Shown here: in pieces, positions 27,753-37,287 of the stretch
Layout of the letters: each line of letters opens with the position of its first letter
Position numbering within the stretch: the stretch's first letter is position 1
Source: a virus
DNA length: 64,000 bases
Direction: 5' to 3' (one strand)
IMG/VR virus record: IMGVR_UViG_3300021963_006415
Location: 1 to 64,000 of that record
Notes under the pieces: model-generated
Database searches by the model: none
Told to the model about the DNA's origin: nothing
What the model saw: the letters and a program-made list of their open reading frames with translations, nothing else
Translations under genes and position numbers: made by a program

Positions 27753-28633
27753 TATAATAATTTATATTGCTCTATATATCTTACCAACTCTTCAGCCCAA
27801 ACAGTATGAGATTCGGGTGATGGGTGCCATCCATAATATATTGGTGTTGGATTTTTCTTTTCCATAAAACTTTTAAATGTATTATTTGGTTGGTCTTTTT
27901 TATAAAAACGAATTCTATCTACTGTATCCCATAGTGGTACATAATTGTATTGATACACATGTCTACCTTTGTGATTAGATATATTATACGATGTTCCATG
28001 CAAATTTAGCTTTTGTAATTCATCTCTAACATTCAAATCTTCCCAATCCATTGGATTTTTTCCAGGTGTCTGATAGAATGCATTAAACATCATCCATTTT
28101 ATATTATGTGCTTTAAAAAAATTTTGAAGTTGTAAAACGTTCATAACATATCTTGGTAAATATTCTTCTGGATTCCAAAGATATTGAACATATAATTTCC
28201 AAAATTCTTCTTGTTGTGGTTTATCAAAATGTTGTACTTGTGGCCATAATCTAAATCTCATTGAAAAATTTTCACTATCATCTTTATACCAAAAGAAATT
28301 TCTTTCGGGAGATGACCACCCAACTATTACAAATAAATCATCGGTTGGTAATTCTTTCTCAATGTAATTTGATGTAATATATGTCATTGTCCTATGTGCA
28401 ATAGTTCCGTTATCATCTGCTGGCCAAGCTAAATTTGTAACGTCTGCGTTCATCATTTCTGATAATCTTGTTGGAAATATTTTTGGAATCCTATAATTGT
28501 CATTTTCTTCCATCCAATCATATTTGCCAGGATGTACTTCTCCATCGTATCTCATACTAATTTGTGGGTCTGCGATTTCAGAACCAAATACCCAACTATC
28601 TCCGTTGCAAATTATTTTTAATTTTTTATTCAT
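27752..28633 (-). CDS. SGNH/GDSL-like protein
   Basis: NGDSWVFG, VGWSSPER, WHPSPESH. Confidence 0.7.
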   Translation of the reverse strand: MNKKLKIICNGDSWVFGSEIADPQISMRYDGEVHPGKYDWMEENDNYRIPKIFPTRLSEMMNADVTNLAWPADDNGTIAHRTMTYITSNYIEKELPTDDLFVIVGWSSPERNFFWYKDDSENFSMRFRLWPQVQHFDKPQQEEFWKLYVQYLWNPEEYLPRYVMNVLQLQNFFKAHNIKWMMFNAFYQTPGKNPMDWEDLNVRDELQKLNLHGTSYNISNHKGRHVYQYNYVPLWDTVDRIRFYKKDQPNNTFKSFMEKKNPTPIYYGWHPSPESHTVWAEELVRYIEQYKLL

Positions 28634-29255
28634 ATTCTTTTATTTTTTGCAATATTTCTTCGTAAAATAATCTATGTCCTTCAAAAGACCAATGCCCATC
28701 GTTTATCTCTGCATCCACATGATTAATTCTTTCCCATTTATTTTGATAACCATCTTCTAAATCCCAAACAATACAACACTTTACTTTTTTATAAGTTTCA
28801 ATTATTTTTTTAAAAAATTGAATCCTTTCAATCCATCTATTATTATTTAAATCGGAATCGATAATTGATAATGTGTACATCAATGGAGCTATTTCATTTT
28901 CTACATATCCTTTTTCTTTTAGATGTAATTCTGATGCTGGTGTTATTGTTTTCCAATATTGTGTACCATCTTCTGCTTTTTCACATATATCAAATCTGTG
29001 TGAGAATGTTTTTTGTATTATAACGATATCACCTTTTCCGATTAGTTCAAAATTATGTATAATACTATCAATTATATAATCGTTACCGATTGCTCCCATA
29101 CCAAAATTAAATAATTTTAAATTTAATTTTTTAGCCAAATGTTCAGGCCATATTAAATCATTTTCTGATTTTTTATATTTTAAAAAATATGGGTCATCTG
29201 ATAAGCATCCGTTTCCACACGTAAATGAACATCCAAATACAATTAGTTTATTCAT
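28626..29255 (-). CDS. SGNH/GDSL-like protein
   Basis: FGCSFTCG, GAIGN, DGHWSFEGH. Confidence 0.7.
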   Translation of the reverse strand: MNKLIVFGCSFTCGNGCLSDDPYFLKYKKSENDLIWPEHLAKKLNLKLFNFGMGAIGNDYIIDSIIHNFELIGKGDIVIIQKTFSHRFDICEKAEDGTQYWKTITPASELHLKEKGYVENEIAPLMYTLSIIDSDLNNNRWIERIQFFKKIIETYKKVKCCIVWDLEDGYQNKWERINHVDAEINDGHWSFEGHRLFYEEILQKIKEYE

Positions 29256-29256
29256 A

Positions 29257-30153
29257 TTAATTTACATCCGATTTACTTTTATCAAAGTATCCGTTTTCAT
29301 ACCAATCTTTTGATATATTAAATATTTCTTGCCAATCATTGATACTATGCAATCCTTTATCTTCAGCTTCTTTTCTAACAACATAATATGGGTTGGCATG
29401 CTCTGCATATGGATGAATGTTCCAATTTGTTAAGTATTTATATAATAACGTTCCGGGGCCATAATAAAATTCTGGAAATTGTACAAATTCTTGTGTTACC
29501 TTTTGCTCTCTACCAACATTCATTATTTTTTTATACCATCTATATAGTTGCGCTGTTATATCCATTGTAGTTGAATCTCCATAAAAAAATACATCATCAA
29601 AACAAACCTGATTAAATTCATTGGGAAATCTCGTTGGAGTTGGAGATGATGCATATGCTGTAAATGGTTTTAAAGAATGTACATAAAACTTATTAATTGG
29701 TAATCCAAATTTATTAACCCCTTCTTGTGGAAAATTAATATCAAATCTAGTTTTGATAACCATATCATAAGTCATATCTTTCATTAACTCATATCTACGT
29801 TTAAGTTCTATACTCTTCATAAAACTATAAAACATACCTTCCCATGCTTCTAAAAAAGCATCGGAATTATATGTTTCATATTCCATTAATTTTGGTTTGA
29901 ATGCAAATTTAATTTCGCTTTCTTCGTTTGGATTATCTATTTTACAATCCACATTTTCCCAACGGGGTTGTGTTTTGTTTCTGTAACTATTTGTATCCCA
30001 TGTATGGATAAAATAATCCACATTTACTTTACAATTTTTATCTTTATTAATTTTTACATCAAAATAGTTAATTATATTTTCTTTAGCAGCTCTCCAAGTA
30101 CGAGATTGCCCGCTTAAACAAACTGCTATATTATATGTTGTTATTTTTTTCAT
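29257..30153 (-). CDS. Putative glycosyltransferase, paralog 1 of IAVC.SGQ.R family
   Basis: IAVCLSGQSR, FIHTWD, YDMVIKTRFD, DDVFFYG. Confidence 0.55.
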   Translation of the reverse strand: MKKITTYNIAVCLSGQSRTWRAAKENIINYFDVKINKDKNCKVNVDYFIHTWDTNSYRNKTQPRWENVDCKIDNPNEESEIKFAFKPKLMEYETYNSDAFLEAWEGMFYSFMKSIELKRRYELMKDMTYDMVIKTRFDINFPQEGVNKFGLPINKFYVHSLKPFTAYASSPTPTRFPNEFNQVCFDDVFFYGDSTTMDITAQLYRWYKKIMNVGREQKVTQEFVQFPEFYYGPGTLLYKYLTNWNIHPYAEHANPYYVVRKEAEDKGLHSINDWQEIFNISKDWYENGYFDKSKSDVN

Positions 30154-30995
30154 ATTATGCTTTTATTTATGTTTGGATTTGCTTCAATAGTACCTCTTAT
30201 TATATCCGGGTCGATTTTTAATCTTACATTTTTAATATCAAACATTCTTATTACATATGCTAATATTGATTCAACTTTGACATCAAATGGGAATATATCC
30301 GGTGATAATTGTGGTAAATAATTATAAACATTTGATACAATATCATATGTAAAACTATCTGAGTAAAAAAATATATCACCAATAGCATCATGTGGAAAAT
30401 ACTCTGTATTGAAGCTATGAACAGAATATAATGTTCTTTCTTTTGGTTTTTCAAAATCATTTGTAAATATCATACGATTTAAATAATCAAAACTTAAATC
30501 ACTCCTCATTCTAACAACCATATCATATTCAAATCCATTTTCAAATTCATAATTACGTTTCAGTTCAGCCGCTCTCATAATACCATATAATTGCGCTCCA
30601 GCCCAACTAATTGGTGCCCATTTTGTATAATCTCCCAATCTCCATTGTGTTCTTGCATCCAATTCTTCTTTTCTACTGGTACTTTTGAATATATTTTCAA
30701 TTAAATGTCTTTTTGGTTTTATGGTTTGTAAAAATTCTTCAATCTCTTCTTTACTAACTCCTTCTGCGGGCGGCTGTTCAAATCCTGTATGGAATTTTCC
30801 AGCATCCCATTGTTGTTTTGTCCAAACTGCAAATGGCGTACTATTAAAATCCCACGTATGTACAAAATAATCAACTTCAATATCATCACCATCAATTTCT
30901 GGTGAGGTTTTTAATTCATTAAAAAATGCATCCCAACTTTTTTGAGCATCTTTCCAAGTTCTTAATTGACCGCTTAAACAAACTGCTATTCTCAT
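30150..30995 (-). CDS. Putative glycosyltransferase, paralog 2
   Basis: IAVCLSGQLR, FVHTWD, YDMVVRMRSD, DIFFYS. Confidence 0.55.
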   Translation of the reverse strand: MRIAVCLSGQLRTWKDAQKSWDAFFNELKTSPEIDGDDIEVDYFVHTWDFNSTPFAVWTKQQWDAGKFHTGFEQPPAEGVSKEEIEEFLQTIKPKRHLIENIFKSTSRKEELDARTQWRLGDYTKWAPISWAGAQLYGIMRAAELKRNYEFENGFEYDMVVRMRSDLSFDYLNRMIFTNDFEKPKERTLYSVHSFNTEYFPHDAIGDIFFYSDSFTYDIVSNVYNYLPQLSPDIFPFDVKVESILAYVIRMFDIKNVRLKIDPDIIRGTIEANPNINKSII

Positions 30996-30996
30996 T

Positions 30997-31881
30997 TTAT
31001 TTTTCTTTTAATTCATCAATATAATATTCAACATCATTATCAATAATATATTTATCTTTTAATAAACTAATATAATATCCTTCCGGAGTCATTGAATTTT
31101 TATTTGGGTTTCCATAATAATAATCCTCACACCCAATACATTTATCATAAATACTTGTATATTCCAAACACTCTGGCCTTAACACAACATATCCTGTTTC
31201 TCCACCAAAATATCTTTGTTTAAAATCACACATTTTTACACCATTTAAAATACAATGTTTTATAAATCCATAAAAATTTTCACTGCCAAAGGCTAGCCCC
31301 CAATTTACCCATTTCAAATAATATTCGGATACTATATTCATTGATTTTGTGTTTGATAAAAAGTAAACATCATCTACTGTGTTTGTATTTATTGAATAAT
31401 CTCTTGCTAAATTTTCTATATAAATTTTTCCTGAATTCAAATCTTTCTCATAAAGCTCTATATCTTGACTTAACTTTCTATTATAATTAAAAAAAACATC
31501 TGGTCTTAGTTTTATAACATAATCATATTCAAATGAATTTTCTTTTTCAAATTCTTTTTTTAACTCTACGCTTTTATAAAAAGAATACCATAATGGCTGC
31601 ACTATGTTAAATATTTTTAATTCATCTCTCACCGATGCATAATTTTCAATAACAATTTTTTTAGGTTTATAATTTTGATTTATTGTTTCAATTTCATCTT
31701 CGTATAATTTTGTTTCTCTCGAAAATACATTAGATAAATTATAACATTTTTGCTTATTTATATCCCAAGTATGAATAAAAAAATCACAACTTGGATACAA
31801 TATTCCAAAAAATTCTTTCAAATCATTATAACAATTATTTCCAGTTCTCCACTGTCCACTAAAACAAACTGCTATTCTCAT
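30997..31881 (-). CDS. Putative glycosyltransferase, paralog 3
   Basis: IAVCFSGQWR, FIHTWD, YDYVIKLRPD, DDVYF. Confidence 0.55.
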   Translation of the reverse strand: MRIAVCFSGQWRTGNNCYNDLKEFFGILYPSCDFFIHTWDINKQKCYNLSNVFSRETKLYEDEIETINQNYKPKKIVIENYASVRDELKIFNIVQPLWYSFYKSVELKKEFEKENSFEYDYVIKLRPDVFFNYNRKLSQDIELYEKDLNSGKIYIENLARDYSINTNTVDDVYFLSNTKSMNIVSEYYLKWVNWGLAFGSENFYGFIKHCILNGVKMCDFKQRYFGGETGYVVLRPECLEYTSIYDKCIGCEDYYYGNPNKNSMTPEGYYISLLKDKYIIDNDVEYYIDELKEK

Positions 31882-31883
31882 AA

Positions 31884-32633
31884 TTAATAATATACGTTTC
31901 CTTCTATATAAATTTGTGGGTAGTTACCATTAAATGCGTAATTCCAAAGTTTATATCTATTCGATATTTTAAAATCACAAAAGAAGGCAAAATATTTAGT
32001 TAGTTCCAAATTTGGATTAAATATCTTATAATTTCCAAATATGTTTTTAGAATACTTTGAATCATAATTTTTTATAATATCTTGTACATCTAAATTTAAT
32101 ATTTTTTTTGAAGAACAAAATATTATTTCATATTCAAAATCACCAATTCCTCTTGTATCTTCATCGCCAAACATACTACCACACCCAATCCAAAATGGTG
32201 AATCTTTATAAGATAATTTATTAAACCCAGAATATACTATACTTCCTACTATATTACCATTTAAATAGCACGATATTTTTGCTTTATCATCATCATTAAT
32301 CATATATAAATCCACAAAATCTTCCATATCCGAATCTTTCAATTCTACATGTACTTGTTTAACGGATTTAGTACCATCTTCTTCGTTTTCGAACCAATAT
32401 GTGTATTGTAAAAATACTTTGTCCAATTGATTTTTAAAAACGGATATACCAGAATGCATTCCGCTTCTAGAAATAATAAATGATTCTTTTTCTGTCAATT
32501 TTTCTTTATCTATTTTTACTCTTGCAAAAAGAGTAAAATCCTTTTCCATAGAACCACCAATATTTGATTCTTTAAAGGATACATTTGATGGTAAAATCAA
32601 ATATAAATTATCTGCATTTATTTTTAAACTCAT
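31884..32633 (-). CDS. Standalone LamG/concanavalin A-like lectin domain protein
   Basis: DFTLFARVK, ISCYLNG, PFWIG; resembles the domains inserted in the GT7 genes; likely start 32633. Confidence 0.55.
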   Translation of the reverse strand: MSLKINADNLYLILPSNVSFKESNIGGSMEKDFTLFARVKIDKEKLTEKESFIISRSGMHSGISVFKNQLDKVFLQYTYWFENEEDGTKSVKQVHVELKDSDMEDFVDLYMINDDDKAKISCYLNGNIVGSIVYSGFNKLSYKDSPFWIGCGSMFGDEDTRGIGDFEYEIIFCSSKKILNLDVQDIIKNYDSKYSKNIFGNYKIFNPNLELTKYFAFFCDFKISNRYKLWNYAFNGNYPQIYIEGNVYY

Positions 32634-34048
32634 ATAGTAATTGTTGAACAAAAGTGATAAAATTCTTCTAATTCAGGAAATGTTTTACAAAAATCAGTTC
32701 CTCTTCTTCTATCGTGCTCACTAAAGTATTTGTAAAAATTATGTCTATTTTTTAGTTGTTGCATTGAATCTTGTGGTGCTAACATCCAATCATAAATTCT
32801 TTTAATTTTTTGAACTTCTACATCACTATAACCAATTTGTGTTGAGTTAAATGATGGTGTTGAAAAGAATGTTGCTAATTTTGCTTGATTCATTATTTTT
32901 TCAGAAAACTGATATGGTAGTATCTGAACAGTCTGATGTAGTGGCCATCTTAAATACGATGAATCTAAAAACGTTGCAGAGTTCCAGTACCTATATGGAC
33001 TTGCGTATGTTTCTTTTAATTTATAAACTTCTTTTATAAATTTATCATAATTTAAAACAGATAATGCATTATATGTAACCATAAATGTAATAACTATTTT
33101 TGGGCAACTTAACAATATTTTATTTATGTTATCCCAAAAACGATTAAATTCTAAACCTGTTCTAATATATTCCGCCTGTTGCCCCCAAGTATCGGCAGAT
33201 GTAAATAAAATTAATTCTTTTACCTTTCCACCATCTTCAATTTTTTTTATTTTTTCAATAAGTTTATCAATCAAAGCATCAGGTACACCTAAATTAGAAT
33301 TAATTGCTAATTTAAGATTTTTATTTGGATTCTTTTCGCTAATAATATAATCTAATACTCTCCATGTATCTTTTGATAATAATGGTTCTCCGCCCGTTAT
33401 TCTAAATGTGTGTAAACTATGATATAATTCGGGCCACCACTTCCAAAATGCTTCAACGTATGGATTATGTTCTCTTTGTGGAATTGGCATTTTATCTTCT
33501 CGCTTCATCCAAGTTATATCATTAAAATTATCAGTAGTTGGGTATCCGCCATATTCTTCAATTTCTTCCATCCAAGTTGTACTAAATGATGGTCCGCAAT
33601 ACGAACATTTAAAGTTACATGTATTTGAAAAGGCTACTTCCACATATTTTGGATTGTAATCATCTCTCCAATCTGAATTAAAAATTTCTTCTTTATGTTC
33701 CCAACTCCAACTTTCAGAAGATTTAAAAACTCTATCTGAAAAACGGTCTGAATTATCTTCTACATTCCAACAATAATCACATTCCGTTGGACGTGCTCCA
33801 CTCAACATTTCTTTTCTTTTTAATTTTTTAAAACGAGTGTTATGAAGTGCTGATGGATTTCGTGCTATTTCTTGCTCTGAAATTTTATGAGTGGCTGGGT
33901 GGTGACAAGAGTGATTGTGCCCACTTTGTAGTTGTAAAGTAACCTGTGTCCATTTAGCAAGACACATACCTGGCCCTATTGAATCTAACTCATTTTTTAT
34001 TTGGACATATAATGGATTTTCTCCTTTTATAATTTTATCTTCTGCCAT
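32630..34048 (-). CDS. Radical SAM protein with N-terminal Twitch/SPASM-like Cys cluster
   Basis: CNFKCSYC, TGGEPLL, YIRTG; N-terminal CLAKW...SCHH...CDYCW. Confidence 0.88.
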   Translation of the reverse strand: MAEDKIIKGENPLYVQIKNELDSIGPGMCLAKWTQVTLQLQSGHNHSCHHPATHKISEQEIARNPSALHNTRFKKLKRKEMLSGARPTECDYCWNVEDNSDRFSDRVFKSSESWSWEHKEEIFNSDWRDDYNPKYVEVAFSNTCNFKCSYCGPSFSTTWMEEIEEYGGYPTTDNFNDITWMKREDKMPIPQREHNPYVEAFWKWWPELYHSLHTFRITGGEPLLSKDTWRVLDYIISEKNPNKNLKLAINSNLGVPDALIDKLIEKIKKIEDGGKVKELILFTSADTWGQQAEYIRTGLEFNRFWDNINKILLSCPKIVITFMVTYNALSVLNYDKFIKEVYKLKETYASPYRYWNSATFLDSSYLRWPLHQTVQILPYQFSEKIMNQAKLATFFSTPSFNSTQIGYSDVEVQKIKRIYDWMLAPQDSMQQLKNRHNFYKYFSEHDRRRGTDFCKTFPELEEFYHFCSTITI

Positions 34049-34052
34049 GTTA

Positions 34053-35525
34053 TTATTTTATACAATGAACGTTTATCATTTTGTGTTTATCAAATATGGT
34101 TTTTGTATTTAGATATTTAAACTTACTATCTAAGTTACTCATACCATCTTTTTTATAATCTATTTTTCCTTGCTGCATTTCTAATACATATCTTCTTTCG
34201 TTTGCAGCTGTTGTTTCTCCCTTTGCCCATTTTTCTATTCCGCCAACGTTTATTAAACCTTCGGTTTGATGTGGCAAACATAAAAATTTACCATCTCTTC
34301 TATGTGGTAAAACTACATCGGAAATTTTTATTTCTCTATCTTCAAATGTTACATTTTTGCAAACACCATCATTTAATTCTGCTTGGTCTACAACTCTTCC
34401 AACTTCATCAAATTCTTTAAAATTATAGTGAAGTAACAATCCTTTTGTAGAAAATTGTTTATGTAATAATTCTATTTCAGCTGAATTTAATGCTCTATCC
34501 CAAAATTTTATATCAGCTATTTCTCCTTTAAAGAATGCATTTGGTTCAAATCCAGCTACCGATGTTGTATGTCCAATATAAAATGGTTCACTTCCATATC
34601 TTTTTAAATTATGTTCATATCTTATGGGTGATTCTGTGCCCGTACCATGTCTTGCACTATTTTCTCTACCATTTAGATACAAATGCATGTTTTTATTATA
34701 GTCATCTACAACCATTGTAATCCAACTCCACTCACCCTCATATCTTTTAAACCATTGATATATGTGCTCTTTGTGAGCGGTCCATAACATAGATGTATAT
34801 GCTCTACTATTGTTAAAAGATAATCCCCAATCATACCCTGGTTTTCTAATAATTGGATATTCTACAAATTTCCTTTCGGAATCACCAATTAACCAAATTG
34901 GAACTTTTTCTATTTGTTGGTCTGCTTTTACTAATACAGATATTGTATGAGAACTATTTAAAGCAAATCTCATATTTTCACTGCATGGTATTTTTATCAT
35001 CGATGATTTTCCATCAAATATAGCGGCTGTTTTTACTTTATCAAATTCAATGAATTGTCTATCAGCCATTCCCTCCATAACACATCTCCAAAATAGGTCA
35101 TCATCCTCCATACCCCAATCCCAATAATCGTTTGAATATCCATTGGTTTTTTCTACTTGTTCTTTTGAGAATAAAACTGCACCACCAAAGTATTCATAAT
35201 ATTTTAAAGCATAATCGGATTGAGATATACGAACTGCAATATGTTGTGGATTATCTTCTGGAAATGAATAATCACAACTTTCATCTTCCGGCACCATATC
35301 AATATCGTGCCAAACAATGTAATCACACCCATCTTCAAATGCGTATTTAGCAGCTACGTTTTTCATAAGTCCTCTATTAAAAAGGTACTCATCGCATTGA
35401 TGTGCCAAATATATAGTATGGTCTATTCCTCTTTCATCCAAAAATTTAGATACTTTAGGAACAAACTCATTCATATGAGCTTCTCTATTTCTATATGGTA
35501 CGCAAACGCCTAACTTATGCCCCAT
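34053..35525 (-). CDS. GT7 (beta-1,4-galactosyltransferase-like) glycosyltransferase with inserted LamG domain
   Basis: VPYRNR, FNRG, HDIDM, YFGG, NGYSNDYWDWGMEDDD, LamG insert, then H and DGMSNL C-terminus. Confidence 0.85.
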   Translation of the reverse strand: MGHKLGVCVPYRNREAHMNEFVPKVSKFLDERGIDHTIYLAHQCDEYLFNRGLMKNVAAKYAFEDGCDYIVWHDIDMVPEDESCDYSFPEDNPQHIAVRISQSDYALKYYEYFGGAVLFSKEQVEKTNGYSNDYWDWGMEDDDLFWRCVMEGMADRQFIEFDKVKTAAIFDGKSSMIKIPCSENMRFALNSSHTISVLVKADQQIEKVPIWLIGDSERKFVEYPIIRKPGYDWGLSFNNSRAYTSMLWTAHKEHIYQWFKRYEGEWSWITMVVDDYNKNMHLYLNGRENSARHGTGTESPIRYEHNLKRYGSEPFYIGHTTSVAGFEPNAFFKGEIADIKFWDRALNSAEIELLHKQFSTKGLLLHYNFKEFDEVGRVVDQAELNDGVCKNVTFEDREIKISDVVLPHRRDGKFLCLPHQTEGLINVGGIEKWAKGETTAANERRYVLEMQQGKIDYKKDGMSNLDSKFKYLNTKTIFDKHKMINVHCIK

Positions 35526-35528
35526 AAT

Positions 35529-36956
35529 TTAAATTAATACAGATAAGTGATGATATTTTTCTATATGTGTATCCCCAATTGTTTGATACAAACAGCTGTT
35601 TAATCCATCCTTTTTAGTATCATACAAATCTTGCTTTATCTCATTAAGAAATTTTATCTGATTTATTCTAGTTTCATTATGAACCCACTTTCCACTTTCC
35701 CAACTATTTGTTTTATGTGATAGCAATTTAAATAAACCAACACGTCTATATGGTACATCTATTGTTTTACCCAATGATTCTTGTGATTTAATAAAATGAG
35801 AATTAAATACTTGTCCATCATTTTTATTAAATGTTAAATCCATTATGTAATTATTTTTTACAAATTTAGAATCATAGTATAACATTAATTTTTCTGAAGA
35901 ATTATATCCTCTAAAATTTTCTAATAAAGAGTTTTCCAAAGCGTTCTCTGAAAGTGTTTGTATTTCTTTTGGATTTAATATATCATTGAATATAGCAAAC
36001 TCTGATATAATTCCTGAAAAATAATTTGGATTACTTCTTTTAGGGTCTCCTACTCCTAAATAAAAATGTTGTTCTTTTGAATAATCTTTTAATTTTCCTT
36101 TATATAAAATTTCTTCTATCAATTCACCATCTTTATAAAACGAAATTGTTTTTTCTATGGCATTTATTACTAAAGCAATTTGTGTAAAATGGTTTGTAAG
36201 TATTTCTGAATTTATTGAAATACATTTGTTTTTATCATCCCAAATATCAACTTTATATCTTCTAAATGAATTAAAAGAAATATTAGTATCATATCCTGGT
36301 ATGGAAAATGCAGTGAAATCATCATATTCATTATTTGGGTTGGATACCAAATCATCTGGTTTAAAACTTATTAAGATAGTTCTATTTTTTGAGAAATCTA
36401 ATAAATCTTTTTTTTCAATTTTAATATGTGATTGTGAACCATCAAAATATAAACCATAAACATTTTTTATGTCATTTTTTCCAATTATTGTAGTGTCCAA
36501 AGGTAAGTTTTCCTTTTTACTTCTAAATAAAAGGTCATCATCTTCAAACCCCCATCCCCAATATAAATTAGAATACCCATTTATTTTTTCAAATGCTTCA
36601 ATTGAAAACATGGTAACTCCGCCGAAATAATCTTCGAATGATAGATTTTTTGATTTATCATTTTCTAATTCAAATTCTGTTGCTAAATGAAGTGGTATAT
36701 CTGAATAAGAATAATCAACATCCAATGGAATCATGTCCACATCGTGAAACACTACATAGTCGCATTCTAATTTTTTAGCTTCTAAAAACCCAACATTTAA
36801 TAATTTTCCTCTATTAAATGGTTTTTTATCAGATTGCTCTACAACTATTAATTCGTATTCTATATTGTTGTTCAAAAGATAGGCTGGAACATTTTTTATA
36901 AACTTTTCTAAATGTTCTGGTCTATCTCTATATGGAACTATAACTCCTAATTTCAT
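35529..36956 (-). CDS. GT7 glycosyltransferase with inserted LamG domain
   Basis: VPYRDR, FNRGKLLNVG, HDVDM, NGYSNLYWGWGFEDDD, LamG insert, LSH, DGLNS. Confidence 0.87.
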   Translation of the reverse strand: MKLGVIVPYRDRPEHLEKFIKNVPAYLLNNNIEYELIVVEQSDKKPFNRGKLLNVGFLEAKKLECDYVVFHDVDMIPLDVDYSYSDIPLHLATEFELENDKSKNLSFEDYFGGVTMFSIEAFEKINGYSNLYWGWGFEDDDLLFRSKKENLPLDTTIIGKNDIKNVYGLYFDGSQSHIKIEKKDLLDFSKNRTILISFKPDDLVSNPNNEYDDFTAFSIPGYDTNISFNSFRRYKVDIWDDKNKCISINSEILTNHFTQIALVINAIEKTISFYKDGELIEEILYKGKLKDYSKEQHFYLGVGDPKRSNPNYFSGIISEFAIFNDILNPKEIQTLSENALENSLLENFRGYNSSEKLMLYYDSKFVKNNYIMDLTFNKNDGQVFNSHFIKSQESLGKTIDVPYRRVGLFKLLSHKTNSWESGKWVHNETRINQIKFLNEIKQDLYDTKKDGLNSCLYQTIGDTHIEKYHHLSVLI

Positions 36957-36964
36957 ATTTTAAT

Positions 36965-37282
36965 TTAGACTGTTTCTATATCTTTTTTTGGTCTTACCTT
37001 TCTAACAGGCATTGGATTTGATTCGGATTCAACTGATTCTACATCATCACCCGTGTTAGCTTTAGATTTAGCTAAGTTGTGAAATTCGTATAAATAATAC
37101 GCAATTCTTTCACTCCAATCTTTTTTATCGATTTCTTCAAACCAAATGGTTAGTGCATCTAATGAATTTGCAATTTTTTCTAATGCTTTAACTTTTCTAG
37201 TTTCTAAAACAACTAATTCTAAATTGGTTGGTTGTTGTGATTGTTCCTGCGTTGTTACTTCTTCTTTTTTGTTTGTAGCCAT
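36965..37282 (-). CDS. Hypothetical protein
   Basis: 105 aa ORF tightly packed among the GT7 genes. Confidence 0.55.
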   Translation of the reverse strand: MATNKKEEVTTQEQSQQPTNLELVVLETRKVKALEKIANSLDALTIWFEEIDKKDWSERIAYYLYEFHNLAKSKANTGDDVESVESESNPMPVRKVRPKKDIETV

Positions 37283-37287
37283 AATAA

